Counted from the first letter of the stretch, positions 22,634 through 34,040 are shown. The stretch is DNA of 64,000 bases from an uncultured Phycisphaerales bacterium (GCA_963772725.1 CAVYYI010000002.1:160001-224000), one strand, 5' to 3'. The notes: generated by a model from the letters alone, not told the origin. Made by a program: numbers and translations.

Positions 22634-23432
22634 TTATTTTACCGCCTCTAAGCATAAAGGCTCTATCTGATAATATTGGCCTATTAAATCATGAACATCC
22701 TCAAGGACTTCACGGCCTGCAGAATTTGCTTCCAGACCCAAAAACTGCACCAAGGCAAATATTTTTCTCATCTGCCGTAGTCGATACGTTTCTAATTTGC
22801 GCATTGAATTTAGCTTCCTTTTCTATTGACGGCACCGCCAAATCCAACTGCACAAACCGGCCTTTCTGGAAATTTGTTTTTCCCTCAGTCTCAATCGCAA
22901 TCTGGACGCCGTCTTTGGAAATATCAACGAGAGCAACTTCCTGGCTGAGGCTGTCTTTCGACACTTCCCGATTAATATTTCCGTACTCCGAATATGTTAA
23001 TGTCAAGTCCATCCTGACCTTTTTCGGTATATTCAAACGAGAATAGTTTCTCCTTTGCGGATGCCTGCCGCTGTCCGTAAAAGTTATAATTCCGCCTTTA
23101 TCCTGGTCGAGCCACGGCTCCAAAGTGACTATATCCTTTACGATACCCTTAAATATACTATCAAATCCATAAGTTATAAAAATACCTCTTACCATGGCAT
23201 TAAGCTTGCACAAAATAAATCGACCGCCAACATCGGTTATTACTTTTTTTAATTTCACGAGCTGACAAAGTGTCGTGCAGGTAACTGTCTCTAAACGGCT
23301 TAAATCCAATATGACCTCAGAGGCCTTTCTATGATTTACAATGTCAGTTACCGTCTGCAGTTCATTGACCGTTTGCGGTTCAACAGGCAGTTTGACAATT
23401 AAAGAACTTTTTTCCGCTTCTTTTTTCCCCAT
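22634..23432 (-). CDS. STAS domain - PilZ domain fusion protein (frameshift near 22750)
   Basis: N-terminal VILDLSRLETV (STAS). PilZ motifs QRRNYSR and DISKDG; the shifted frame continues GVQFLGLEA...LEAVK*. Confidence 0.7.
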
Positions 23433-23591
23433 TTTTAAAAGCCCCGAAATTATTTGGTCGAACCGGCCATATTTTCCAACAATAAGTACTTACTTTTCGA
23501 CAATATTATAGGATGACTTTATACGTAAAATTATGAAATTTATATTTCCGGGGCTTTCTTAACCATATCGGGCTGAAAAACGGCGGATTTG

Positions 23592-25218
23592 TCAGTTTTG
23601 GCTGGTTTTGATTGAGCCGCTCAGCTCAGCCAGTTCCGGGGCTTTTAGGAGCCAGACGGTAATAACAAATGAAACCATGCCTGCGGGGACGCATGTCGCG
23701 ACGATAATCCAGTTTCGCACGTCGCCGAGTTTCCAACGCAGAAGATAAACGACAGCGGTCATTATTACGCAGCCGCAAACTGTTCTGGCGAAACTGGCGG
23801 CGAGTTTTCTTCCGCCAAAGAGTCCGAGTCGTTTTCGCAGGAGGTAAATTAAGACTGCGGAATTAATGGTGAAGGTCAGGGCGGTAGAAAGGCCAAAAGC
23901 ACCGGCACCAAAGCCGGAGAATCCAGACCATAGTCAACAGCATTGTAATATTTACAACGGCCATTGCGCAGGAGACTTTTAACGGGGTGGTGGTGTCCTT
24001 GAGGGAATAAAAGGAGCGTGCGAGAATCTGATAGGTGCAGTATGCCCACATTCCCATCGCGTACATTTGGAGAATAAAGGCGGAGTTGGCGGCGTCGGCT
24101 GGAGTAAAATTGCGGCGGGCGTAAATAAGTTTCATAATGGGTTCAGCGAGAATGAATAATCCCACACCGCTGGCCATACCTTCCATAAGAGCAAGACGCA
24201 GGGCGCGGTTAATGCTGTCACGCAGGTTGACGATATCGTTTCGTGCGGCGTAGCGGGTTAAAAGAGGGAAAACGGCGACACCGAGTGAAATGGCCAGCAC
24301 ACCCATCGGGAACTGATAGAGGGCACGTGCGGCGTTAACACGGACGATTACGCCTTCCGTAAGAGGCCTGGCGAGAGTCAGACCTAAAATGTGAATTTCT
24401 TTGGCTTGTTCGGTGATGGTCAGATTCCATGCGATTATAGTGGCGATGAGTTCGGAAATCTGCAAAAAGCCCAGACCGAGGAGTACGGGGGTGAGGAGTT
24501 TGAGTATTTGTTTTATGCCGGGTTCGATAGGTTTAAGTCGGGGGCGAAATTTGAAGCCGCTCTTATGCAAAAGCCATAAAACCGCTGCCAACTGAATAAT
24601 ACCGGAGAATATTACACTTATCGCGACTAAAATTAATTTGCCGGGCAGGTTGTCTTTCATTATGGGGGTAATCCACCAGGCGGTGAGAATACCAAAGCCG
24701 CTAAGGATAATCGGTGCGGCGGCGGGATATGCGAAATGACCTTTACCGTTCAGGGCGGCGGAACCCAAAGCGAGCAGGCAAACCGTAACCATATAGGGGA
24801 ACATAATCGCGGCAAGGGTCATCAGAAGTTTTCGGTCCTCTGGTCCGGGCAACAGAGCGATAATTACAAAGACGATTTGGACGAGAACCATTATGACAAC
24901 GAGCGTGACGGCCAAGAGAGCCATCGCGTTGGCGAGAAGCTTAGCGGCTTTTTCAAAACCGTTTTTTTCGTTTGTCTCTGTGAAGACGGGGATGAAAGCT
25001 GAGGATAAAGCGCCTTCTCCAAAAAGCCTGCGAAAAAGATTGGGGATCTGAAATGCCATACCGAAGGCGTCAGTAAAACGGTTGGCGCCAAGGGAGGTAA
25101 TGGCCATGTTGTAGAGCATGCCGAAGACGCGAGAGATAAGGGTGATACCTGCGACTAATTTAGCGGCGGTAAAGAAATGCTCGCGTTCTTTATGCTCCTG
25201 ATTTTTCTTTTCATCCAT
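23592..25218 (-). CDS. murJ: Lipid II flippase MurJ (frameshift near 23910)
   Basis: TLISRVFG, AFQIPNLFRRLFGEGALSSAFIPVF, YQFPMGV and RSFYSLKDTTTP; the shifted frame ends VWLLKAPELAELSGSIKTSQN*. Confidence 0.92.
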
Positions 25219-25256
25219 GATTAGAGGTTATTGAGCCGACTGAAAAACAATAAAAG

Positions 25257-25715
25257 CTATTTCCTCCGTGAAAAGCCGGAACGTCTGAGTGACTGTTCTG
25301 ATTTTTTCCCGACCAGCTGCTGATTCTGCTGAAGTATCTTCATCGCCTTTTGGACATCTGCGACTTTGAGAACGCCTGTGGTGCGTCCGCCCTTTGCGCC
25401 GGCGGTGCAATAGGCGTAGGAAATATTTATATGGTTTTTGGCGAGCTTTTCGGCGGCATCGGCAAGCGCACCGGACTCATTGGCAAGGTTTAGACACAAA
25501 ACATCGGTTTCGTTATAAGGCATATTGAGTTTGGCCAGCACTTCCTTGGCGTGTTGAGTGGAACCAAAAATGACGCGCAAAACGCCATGCTCCATCGAAT
25601 CCATAACAGTCATCGCGACGATGTTGATTTTAGCTCTGGCGAATTCGCCAAGAACCTGGGACAGGACGCCGGGTTTGTTAACCATGAAAATCGAAAATTG
25701 GGTTGTGATAAACAT
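25257..25715 (-). CDS. Tandem ACT-domain protein
   Basis: QFSIFMVNKPGVL...INIVA and NESGALA...INISYAYC. Confidence 0.85.
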   Translation of the reverse strand: MFITTQFSIFMVNKPGVLSQVLGEFARAKINIVAMTVMDSMEHGVLRVIFGSTQHAKEVLAKLNMPYNETDVLCLNLANESGALADAAEKLAKNHINISYAYCTAGAKGGRTTGVLKVADVQKAMKILQQNQQLVGKKSEQSLRRSGFSRRK

Positions 25716-25814
25716 AATTCTGCCTTTCCTAAATAACTATCGTCCAAAACATTTTCCAAACTTCTTCTTATTTACACAAACTAAATCAGTCAGTTTAAAT
25801 TCCTTTTTTTGTTT

Positions 25815-26180
25815 TTAATCATCGGAGGACAAGGCTTTGACGGCGGTGCCCTTATCAGCAAAAAACCTGAACATTTTATCGAGATTTGTAATTCTGAAGA
25901 CCCTGTGCAATTGGGGATCTATCGAACTTATGACAATTTCGGCTTTATATTCATTGAGGCGGGTTCTGAGGGCAAGAAGCATACCGAGAACCTGAGAGGA
26001 AAAAAACTTTACTTTTTCGAAGTCAATTATCATTTTTTTAGGACGATGGTTTTCGACAAAAGTATTTATGTTTTTCGCAACCTCCGCTATCCCCTCTGTG
26101 CTGCTGATAGAAGTAGCGTTAAAAGCCACGATAGCAAGGTCATTGCTGCCGGTAATTTCCACGCCTACTTTTTCGCTCAT
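25815..26180 (-). CDS. STAS anti-sigma-factor antagonist
   Basis: MIIDFEKVKFFSSQVLGMLL...VFRITNLDKMF; start taken at MSEKVGV. Confidence 0.8.
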   Translation of the reverse strand: MSEKVGVEITGSNDLAIVAFNATSISSTEGIAEVAKNINTFVENHRPKKMIIDFEKVKFFSSQVLGMLLALRTRLNEYKAEIVISSIDPQLHRVFRITNLDKMFRFFADKGTAVKALSSDD

Positions 26181-26586
26181 AATATATTGCCGCCTTCGTT
26201 GTCTGTCTCTAAAGTTAATTATCGCAAATATATATGGCTGAGGCAAGGGTTTGTTCATTTTTTTCCTTTCAGTAAATTCTGTCTGAGTCTGTATATATTT
26301 ACCAATAGTAACGAAGTCGAAAGCATGAATTTCGATCCGCCTTCGACGGAGAAACAAATCAAAGATTCGCCGCGGCGAATTCAATTACCAAAATGCCAAA
26401 ACCCAAAACAATCTGTAACATCCTGTAAAAAAACGACTTATCATAAAATTGCCTCAAATTTACTCAAAAAACAAGGGGTTAAATGCTTATGTAAAAAAAT
26501 TAACATTTTTTCGTTGACAATTCAATGATAATCGTTAATAATATTACGTTAGTTAAGAAATAATTTAAGTATTACCTTGTTAAAGG

Positions 26587-28364
26587 GTGAAACACATGCT
26601 GCAAGATAGTATTAAAAAAAATGAGCGATACCTGCGTTTCTGCGCCAAAGTAGCAAGGTTTGGAGGGATACTTCTCGTTATCCTTTTTGTCATATACATA
26701 ATTGGAACATTATCCGCAGTATTTTTAGGATACGGGCATAAGGAAGATTTAATCAAAGTTTGGGGATCATTTTATATGATGTCTTCAATAATATTTGCAA
26801 TATTTTCAGTTATGTTCTTTTTCGGTGCTGCACAGTTTATAAAATATCTTCTTGATATTGACTACAAACCTAGCTGGATAATTCGAAATTGCGACAAGCT
26901 TATATATCTGTTTGTCATTTATAATATTTTTAATAATATTCATTATTGAGACCTCTGAAAAACCTCACATTTTATTATTCTCTTATATTTTTGCTTGAAG
27001 TGCTTCGAAAAATTATTTCGATACACCGCAAAAACTGTTTTCTCGCCTTACCAAAGGATTCTTTTATGCCTTTGGTATACCTTTTTGTCTGCTCATAAAG
27101 GTCGTGTGCCGTTATGCGGCAATACTCACCAAGCTAAAACTCCTTTTCCAATTGTACGCTATCACATGTAACCCAAAATCCAACGCGTTTCGCCTCATAC
27201 CTCGGTATCGAGTCCTGCCGTAGCCGGTATTCTTCATCCACGCAAACGGATGTTCAACCACCGCCCGAATTCCGGCAACCAAACGGTTATGCCATTTCTG
27301 TGCATGCTGTCAATTCCTTCTGGCCGCGAACTCGTTTTTCAATAATGCCGCAGAAAACGCCGCGTTCTTCAAGCCCGGCCTTGCGGTCTTTATCCATATA
27401 TGCACTGTCGGCCCAGACACTGTGCTTTTCATTTTCAACAAGTTCGTCGATATGTTTGCTGTCATGCGTTGAGGCGGTATCGAAACGATAATCCTTTATC
27501 ATGCCGTTACGGTCGGTGGCAATATGGCCTTTATAGCCATGATATACGCTGCCATGCTTTTTCGTATAGCTTGCCGCCTTGTCTTTGGTGCTGGAAATGC
27601 CGTCTTTGGCCGTTCTGCCGCGAGGAGCCTCTATTATGGTGGCATCAACGCAGGTGCCTTCTTCAAGAATAACGCCGCGAATTTTGAGTATGGCGATAGT
27701 CTTTTCAAACAGCGTGGCAATATGGCCGTTGGTATTGAGACGCTTGCGAAACTGCACAAACGTGGTTTCATCAGGGGCTGCCTGCTCCATCTTAAGGCCG
27801 ACAAATCGTCTGAACGATATACGGTCACAGAGCATCTCTTCGAGCATCGGGTCGGAGAGGTTGAACCACTTCTGGAGCATCATGCACTTTATCATCATTA
27901 CCAGCGGATAATTGGAAGCTCCGCCTTTGTCGGTATTGTTCTTGTACATATCCCTTAACGGCTCGGCAAGCTCGTTCCATGGGATAAGCTGGTCGCATTT
28001 GCGGAAAAATTCGCGGTGCGACGACCGCCGAGATCAGAGGTTAAACTGTCGAGAAATGTGGGTTGATTGCTTGTGCGTTCCATTATTTTTGCCTCCATGC
28101 AATAAAATTGACTATTGAATGGACGCATTATATCATATCCGCTGATAATTGCATTAATGTTTTGTAAAAAATGCATAGTTTTTCAGAGGTCTCTATTATC
28201 TTACATTAAATAAAGCGATCATTAATTCTCATAATATAGTTCATTGGGCATCAATGGCTCAATTTGGAATATTTGCCATTGTAAAAATATTGCTTTGGAT
28301 TGGATTGGCTTTTATTCTGAGAGAGGTTATATCTATCATAGATGAATCCAAAACCACTGTGTGA
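26587..28364 (+). pseudogene. DUF2975-like membrane protein interrupted by IS5
   Basis: Removing the IS and one TATT copy joins ...NNIHY to YLTLNKAII...WIGLAFILREVISIIDESKTTV*. Followed by a YozG-like HTH gene, the usual pairing. Confidence 0.75.
26948..28193 (-). mobile_element. IS5-family element, copy 1 (transposase 27112..28083 with frameshifts)
   Basis: Terminal IR GAGACCTCTGAAAAAC, 4-bp TSD TATT, and DDE motifs CVDATII and WADSAY. Confidence 0.95.
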
Positions 28365-28373
28365 GGTTATATT

Positions 28374-28586
28374 ATGATTCGTGTACGTATTGATTACCTG
28401 CTGTTAGATCGGCAAATGAAACTAAATGAGCTTTCCGAAAAAACCGGCCTGGCCGTTAACAATCTTTCGATTTTAAAGACCAATAAGGCTCGCGCAATCC
28501 GATTTTCAACGCTTGAGGCAATCTGTAAGGCCTTGAACTGTACGCCAGCGGAGTTGCTCGAATATATCCCAGATAAGAAGGAATAA
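28374..28586 (+). CDS. Cro/C1-type HTH regulator (YozG-like)
   Basis: LSEKTGLAVNNLSILKTNKARAIRFSTLEAICKALNCTPAELLEY. Confidence 0.92.
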   Translation: MIRVRIDYLLLDRQMKLNELSEKTGLAVNNLSILKTNKARAIRFSTLEAICKALNCTPAELLEYIPDKKE

Positions 28587-28648
28587 ATTTAACAGCCGCA
28601 AGAATTTAAGCACGAATACAAGTCGCATCAAGAATCGCTCGCACATTA

Positions 28649-28723
28649 TGGGCGATACTGGACTCGAACCAGTGACCTCACGGGTGTGATCCGCACGCTA
28701 CCGGAATTTGGAAGTCATCGCCC
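28649..28723 (-). tRNA. tRNA-Val(CAC)-like sequence at the element's att site (3' two-thirds canonical, D-arm aberrant)
   Basis: Minus strand reads GGGCGAT-GACTTCCAAATTCCGGTAGCG-TGCGG-ATCACAC-CCGTG-AGGTC-ACTGG-TTCGAGT-CCAGT-ATCGCCC-A. It lacks U8 and the D-loop GG. Confidence 0.7.
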
Positions 28724-28881
28724 TGAAAGCACTTACAACTATTTGCCTTCCATAAGTTCTTTATAATCAAGAGGATACAACTTATTTCATCGTACTTCAT
28801 TGTATCACAACTTATCTCGTTGTTTCTCATTTTCCTAGTTTTTTCTTGCATTCTGTCTAAAAACTGTCTAAACTTTTTTCT

Positions 28882-30108
28882 ATGACTGGACGGCGTAAAA
28901 AACCAAGGTTGCGGATCGACGGGGTGTATTATACTACAAAGATATATACACCGGAAGGGAAAAGGACAACCCTCAGCTTTGGGCATGTCGATGACCGGCC
29001 AGAGGCTGAAGTTCGTGCTGTTTTTGCGAAATGGTTAGAGCTATTTGAGCGTCACCCCAAAAAACTTCTTTCGTACGATAATCCGTATGAAGGTGTTGAA
29101 CGCATCGTGAGTCCCTCCAGTGTGAGTAATGTAGGAGACTTGATGCAGAGACACCTACAATGGGCCACAAATACCCTGAGAAAAACAAGGGATGGCCTGG
29201 ATAATCCGGATTTGCCCAAAATACGTCGAGCTATAAAGTTTTTGGAACCATATTCAGACTGGCCAATTGACGACTTCGGTCCGGATGAACTAAGGGCGGT
29301 ACAGAAGACGCTGCTTGATTCTGAATATAAAGCAAACAAAACAACAAAGCGTTATACGCGGCGAGGAATAAACGACACGATAAATTGCATCAGAACAGCG
29401 TGGCGATGGGGGTTGGGAAGAGGGCTTGTAAAAATTGAGAACGTTGAGGTTCTAAAGGAAATCAGGCCGCTTAAGACCGGCCAGGATAATGTGCATGAAA
29501 ATCATCGGCGGGGAATAGTTACCGAGAAAGAATTCCATAAAGCGATTAAGAAAGCCAATCCCGTTGCGGGGGACATGCTTAGACTTATCTGGTTTACGGC
29601 AATGCGCCCCTATGAAGTCTGCGATATGAGACCATATGACATACTCACCGATGACAAGGAATGCTGGTTATATATACCCGGGCGGGACAAATCGCCTATA
29701 GGGGACCATAAGACAGCAAGATTTGGCCGCATCAAAGTGATACCTTTGACAAAGGCTGCCCAGAAAGTTCTTAAGCCGCGGATTAAAGACTTTTCATCAA
29801 AGGATTATGTGTTCAAGCCGCAGGAGGCTGTGAAAGACATGGAACGACTAATAGTGAAAACCAGGGAGAAGTATGATCACAACACCTTATGCCGTGCCTG
29901 CAAAAGAGCATGTGAACGTGCAGGTGTTAAAGAGTTTGTGCCCTACGATCTCCGCAGAACTGTTGCCACTGGCACGCGGGCCTTGTTAGGCAAAGAAGCT
30001 GCCAAAGTGCTGCTGGGGCACGCCAAGACTGACACTACAGACATTTACCTTTTAGAAGAGGTTCAGGAAGCCATAAAGATAGCAAAACTCATAGATTCCA
30101 AAACATGA
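28882..30108 (+). CDS. Tyrosine recombinase / integrase
   Basis: TAMRPYEV (R), HKT (K), YDLRR, LLGHA and TDIY catalytic residues. Confidence 0.92.
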   Translation: MTGRRKKPRLRIDGVYYTTKIYTPEGKRTTLSFGHVDDRPEAEVRAVFAKWLELFERHPKKLLSYDNPYEGVERIVSPSSVSNVGDLMQRHLQWATNTLRKTRDGLDNPDLPKIRRAIKFLEPYSDWPIDDFGPDELRAVQKTLLDSEYKANKTTKRYTRRGINDTINCIRTAWRWGLGRGLVKIENVEVLKEIRPLKTGQDNVHENHRRGIVTEKEFHKAIKKANPVAGDMLRLIWFTAMRPYEVCDMRPYDILTDDKECWLYIPGRDKSPIGDHKTARFGRIKVIPLTKAAQKVLKPRIKDFSSKDYVFKPQEAVKDMERLIVKTREKYDHNTLCRACKRACERAGVKEFVPYDLRRTVATGTRALLGKEAAKVLLGHAKTDTTDIYLLEEVQEAIKIAKLIDSKT

Positions 30109-30345
30109 ACTGAGGGAGAGACCTACGGATTAGAAATCCCTAAGTCTGGTCATAAGTCTCTTGTTTTCAAGGGCTTACTGGCGTTTTTTGAGTCAAAAAT
30201 AAGGGTTGCACGTGACAATCCACTCAACTAATCCATCACTAACAACCCAGTATTCACTGCTCACTGACGAACTCTTAAGAGCAAAAGAGTTATGCTACAA
30301 TGAAAGGATTTCTGTTTTAATGACCAAGTTCGCACTCGTTAGAAA

Positions 30346-30594
30346 TTGGAGTGGACTATTAACATGGGAGATAAAATGAATATCGAAACAAAATCATACC
30401 CGGATCTGCTGACGGAACAGGAGTTGATTGAATATCTGAGGATGTCAGAGGTAAGCACATCGAAAAATCTAAAAAGATCTGTCCAATATCTTAAATCTTT
30501 TAAAGAACTGCCAAGAATTAATATATGTCGCTCAACTCTTTATCCATTAAAAGCGATACGTGAATGGGTTGACAAGCAAGTGTATATTACATAA
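30346..30594 (+). CDS. Excisionase-like HTH protein
   Basis: LLTEQELIEYL...LPRINI..STLYPLKAIREWV pattern, directly after the integrase. Confidence 0.65.
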   Translation: MEWTINMGDKMNIETKSYPDLLTEQELIEYLRMSEVSTSKNLKRSVQYLKSFKELPRINICRSTLYPLKAIREWVDKQVYIT

Positions 30595-31027
30595 ATTTGA
30601 AATGCATCAAGGCTGGGAATATCAATTTTCCAGCCTTTTTTCAGTTTCAAAACGACATCTCGCAGGAACTTGAAGGAGCAACGGTCCGACGCATAAGCAC
30701 TACCAGAATTTGATTTTAAGTAAAGCACCTCATTTATTTGGGTCACAAATAATATACTATTTTTTGTGACAACATCAAGAGGCAAACTTTTCCCCTAAAA
30801 AACAAACATATCCGCAGTCAGTTCAGAAAATGTGGAATTTGAATACATGACGGGATTCTTGCAGAAAAATGCTTTCGTCGGCAGATTTTTACTTACAAAA
30901 CGGCTAATTCTCTTTAAACCACTTACAGAAATTACGGGCCAAGCCTGTTATTTTCATTTTTATGGAAATTAAAAATAGCCAGGGGGTGGTATTTTCCAAA
31001 TGTCCTCTCTTATTTGGAAATTTGCCT

Positions 31028-31906
31028 TCATTCAAGGTTCTTGAATGTTTCATTCATTAGCCGGAGTGATTCGGTTAGTTTAAATGTCTTTCGTTCACCA
31101 GGGGCCAAAACATCTATCAACTCAGCTTCTATTCTTGAGTTCATATCTGCGATTTCATCCTTAGAACGCCCCATATTTACCCTGTATTTTGCAAGGTCTG
31201 ACTCGAAGCCATCTTCGGAAAGTTTCCTCTTAAATAGTTGCCACAATTCTTCATCCTGAAAATCAAAGCCGGCTTTTATCAAAAAACTGATGTCGTAAAA
31301 ATCTCTTGGTGCAATTGTAAGACGTGTCGCAGTAGCCCTCATCTTTTCAGCAACAAGCTCCTTCAATGCTAAACAGTTGACATATCCCCCATCAAAGAGT
31401 GGTTCTTTAGTAAATGGATGAAGAAATTTATGACTGACCTTTTGCTTTGAAACCGGGAGAATGGGATTGAATCTGAGACCAATTTCCAGTTTTATCGATT
31501 GCTTATTGCCCAGCACAGTTGAATCATAGTCTGCGTAGAAGATATATTGTGATGATTCATTACGACCGGTATTATCAATATCATCAATCGTCATGCCATA
31601 TGAATTCACATAAGATAGGATGTTACCTTTAATCGGCTTAATTAGCTTTCTTTTATCTACCCTGGGTAGTTTTTCGGATGGGAGCTGCATTATAAAATCC
31701 AGATCTTCGCTGAGGCGATAGTATGAATAATAAATTTTATTCAGGCATGTCCCACCCTTGAAAATAAGGTTCTCACTTAACCGCTCCATTCCTGAAAGAA
31801 CTATTGTGAGGTAATAATCCTTTTCCAACAGTAAAAGCGGGAATCCCGTTTGAGCAGAAGTCGCCTCAAGAACCTTTAGAAAATTTTCCTTATCATCGTG
31901 AAGCAT
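31028..31906 (-). CDS. abiEii: AbiEii nucleotidyltransferase toxin (type IV TA)
   Basis: LEKDYY, IFKGGTCL...YRLSEDLDF, AEKMRA and RDFYD. Confidence 0.92.
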   Translation of the reverse strand: MLHDDKENFLKVLEATSAQTGFPLLLLEKDYYLTIVLSGMERLSENLIFKGGTCLNKIYYSYYRLSEDLDFIMQLPSEKLPRVDKRKLIKPIKGNILSYVNSYGMTIDDIDNTGRNESSQYIFYADYDSTVLGNKQSIKLEIGLRFNPILPVSKQKVSHKFLHPFTKEPLFDGGYVNCLALKELVAEKMRATATRLTIAPRDFYDISFLIKAGFDFQDEELWQLFKRKLSEDGFESDLAKYRVNMGRSKDEIADMNSRIEAELIDVLAPGERKTFKLTESLRLMNETFKNLE

Positions 31907-32678
31907 CTATAATAACTTTCCATTTATTATCAATCGTTCCTTTTCGTGATTTTGAGCCATACAGAGTAATCAAAGATGTATTTTTAACGCTCTTTTCCAA
32001 GGGAGCAAGAATCTTTTTTGAGACGCCGGATTTATCCAAAATAAAACCTAACCTTTTTCGAATCGAAATTGCCGGAAAAGATACGGCATATTTGATTAGC
32101 TTCTTAATATCAGTCTTGCCGGAAGAGGTTTCTTGCTCCAATATTTCAAAGGCCTTCTTAAGACCACCAACGGGATCAGGAAAATAGATCAAATCAACCA
32201 GTGTTCTTTCCCTGTCGCTTACAATTATTTGCGAACCTGAAATTTTAATATTTTCAAGGCCATACATTCTCTTTGGTGAGATTTTAATCAACTTAAATGG
32301 AATCCCGCAGATGGTACGTTCCCGTTGGCGTGATGTGTTAAGAACATAAACAGTTTGAAAAATCTGGTCTGTAAAACCGTAATAGTTGTACATATTGGAA
32401 TATCCAACATAGTAATTACCCTTGGGGAAAAGTATAGGCGGAATCAGGAATTCATTTATTCGAGCACCGGCGGGTCCAGCCTCAAGAGGCGAGTAATAAT
32501 AAACTCCCTTTGTAATTGGTTTTAAAATATCCTTCTTCTTAAGCTTATATATAATCTGACGTACCAGCAGCGAATTGCCAAAAAGCATTTCGAGCCGCTC
32601 TTTAGTTATAACAGTTGTCTTCTCGTAGGACAGACGAGCAACAACCTCTGACTGTTTTGGACCTAACTGTTTTTTCAT
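31893..32678 (-). CDS. abiEi: AbiEi antitoxin / transcriptional regulator
   Basis: N-terminal wHTH, YYVGYSNMYNYYGFTDQI, VSDRERTLVD and KRLGFIL; overlaps abiEii. Confidence 0.9.
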   Translation of the reverse strand: MKKQLGPKQSEVVARLSYEKTTVITKERLEMLFGNSLLVRQIIYKLKKKDILKPITKGVYYYSPLEAGPAGARINEFLIPPILFPKGNYYVGYSNMYNYYGFTDQIFQTVYVLNTSRQRERTICGIPFKLIKISPKRMYGLENIKISGSQIIVSDRERTLVDLIYFPDPVGGLKKAFEILEQETSSGKTDIKKLIKYAVSFPAISIRKRLGFILDKSGVSKKILAPLEKSVKNTSLITLYGSKSRKGTIDNKWKVIIDASR

Positions 32679-32841
32679 TGTATTATTATTTCCTTATTAC
32701 GCCAATATGACGTATATCGGAAATATTTATACAGCACTTGAGATTTAAAGTCAAACACAAATTTATATAGAAATCACGTTTTTTTGATGAAAAACAACGA
32801 TACTAAAGCAAAATCGAGGATTTCTAAGGCACAAACAAACG

Positions 32842-33960
32842 TCATGGGTTCTTAACAATGTTGAGGAGTTCGTCCATCGTGTGTTTGAGCCTGGTAAGTG
32901 TCGCTTTTTTAACAAACGGAATAAATTCCTCAATTCCTTGTATTTTACTGGCAACAACCTTTGCTGCCAGTGTCCCCATTTGATGATCGGTAAAACCTTC
33001 ACTGACTTTTTTGAAGTATTCTCCGCGGCCAAGCCCAGGCTCTGGAACATTTCCGAAATGCTTCGATAGTTCTTTTTGAACAATTTGACTCCATTCATCG
33101 ATTCTCAGTTCATCAACTGCTAATTGGGCTTCCACGACCTGCTTAGTTATTTTGGAGCTATCGTTATTTCTACCAATTGCTAACAAATCGATTACCTTTT
33201 TTAATGGCCATTCGTATGGGTTCTTTTCAGCTTCCTCCATTCTCAGATGCCATTCATTAAAAGACTCGGTATAATAATCCTGCCTGGATTCTACCGAAAA
33301 AAGTTTGCTGTCAGGAAAAACAACACAGGTCAGCTCTCCGCCTCTTACCACACCTGTATCCAGAGCGAACAATTTATCCGTAACTAACTCAACTTTGGGA
33401 TATCCAACATGGCCTATACACACGGCTTTTTTAAAATTTGTTTTGTAAAACCAGAGAGGGACGCCATTTTCATCGAGAGGAATATGAACTTTGGATCCTC
33501 CCACCGCACAAGTAAAGTAAGCATCCTGCTGCAGCAGGGACTTATCCGGGTCAAGTTGTGCATGAGTAATGATAGCATGTTCTGTTTCAATTACTGCAGG
33601 AAGGCTTTCAAGGTACTCTGCCCAGATTGGCTGTTCTTTCGGATTCAGCACTGATAGACTGTGTTTCTGGCTCCATGCCGGCAGCGAAGTGCCTCTTATT
33701 GTGCCTGCTACTCTTCTTTCATGGTTGCCAAGCACACTGTATGCATTTAGTGTCTCTTTGAAAAATTCACAGACCTTCCAGGATTTCGGTCCGCGATCCA
33801 GCATATCACCCACTGAAATCAGAACATCTCCCTTAGCGAATCCAACCAGCTTAAGAAGCTGTTCTAATTCATCAAGGCAACCGTGGATATCACCAACTAC
33901 TATAGTCCGTGAATATCTGCCATCAATTTTCCGGTAATTGTTTTTCATTAACTTAAACAT
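32842..33960 (-). CDS. Calcineurin-like metallophosphoesterase (PPP/ApaH type) with C-terminal extension
   Basis: GDIHG, GDMLDRG, GNHE, GH and LDTG motifs. Confidence 0.88.
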   Translation of the reverse strand: MFKLMKNNYRKIDGRYSRTIVVGDIHGCLDELEQLLKLVGFAKGDVLISVGDMLDRGPKSWKVCEFFKETLNAYSVLGNHERRVAGTIRGTSLPAWSQKHSLSVLNPKEQPIWAEYLESLPAVIETEHAIITHAQLDPDKSLLQQDAYFTCAVGGSKVHIPLDENGVPLWFYKTNFKKAVCIGHVGYPKVELVTDKLFALDTGVVRGGELTCVVFPDSKLFSVESRQDYYTESFNEWHLRMEEAEKNPYEWPLKKVIDLLAIGRNNDSSKITKQVVEAQLAVDELRIDEWSQIVQKELSKHFGNVPEPGLGRGEYFKKVSEGFTDHQMGTLAAKVVASKIQGIEEFIPFVKKATLTRLKHTMDELLNIVKNP

Positions 33961-34040
33961 ATCCTACAGTACGTAAAAAAGAATTCAAGAAGATATAAAA
34001 ACCTGAATTTCGAAAATGGAAACAGATTCCAAGGCGGTAT

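Noticed and set aside
25809..26528. 239-aa + strand ORF and similar overlapping antisense ORFs (e.g. 63407..63838, 59037..59516, 27524..27958)
   Set aside because: Shadows of well-supported genes on the opposite strand, with no motifs of their own.
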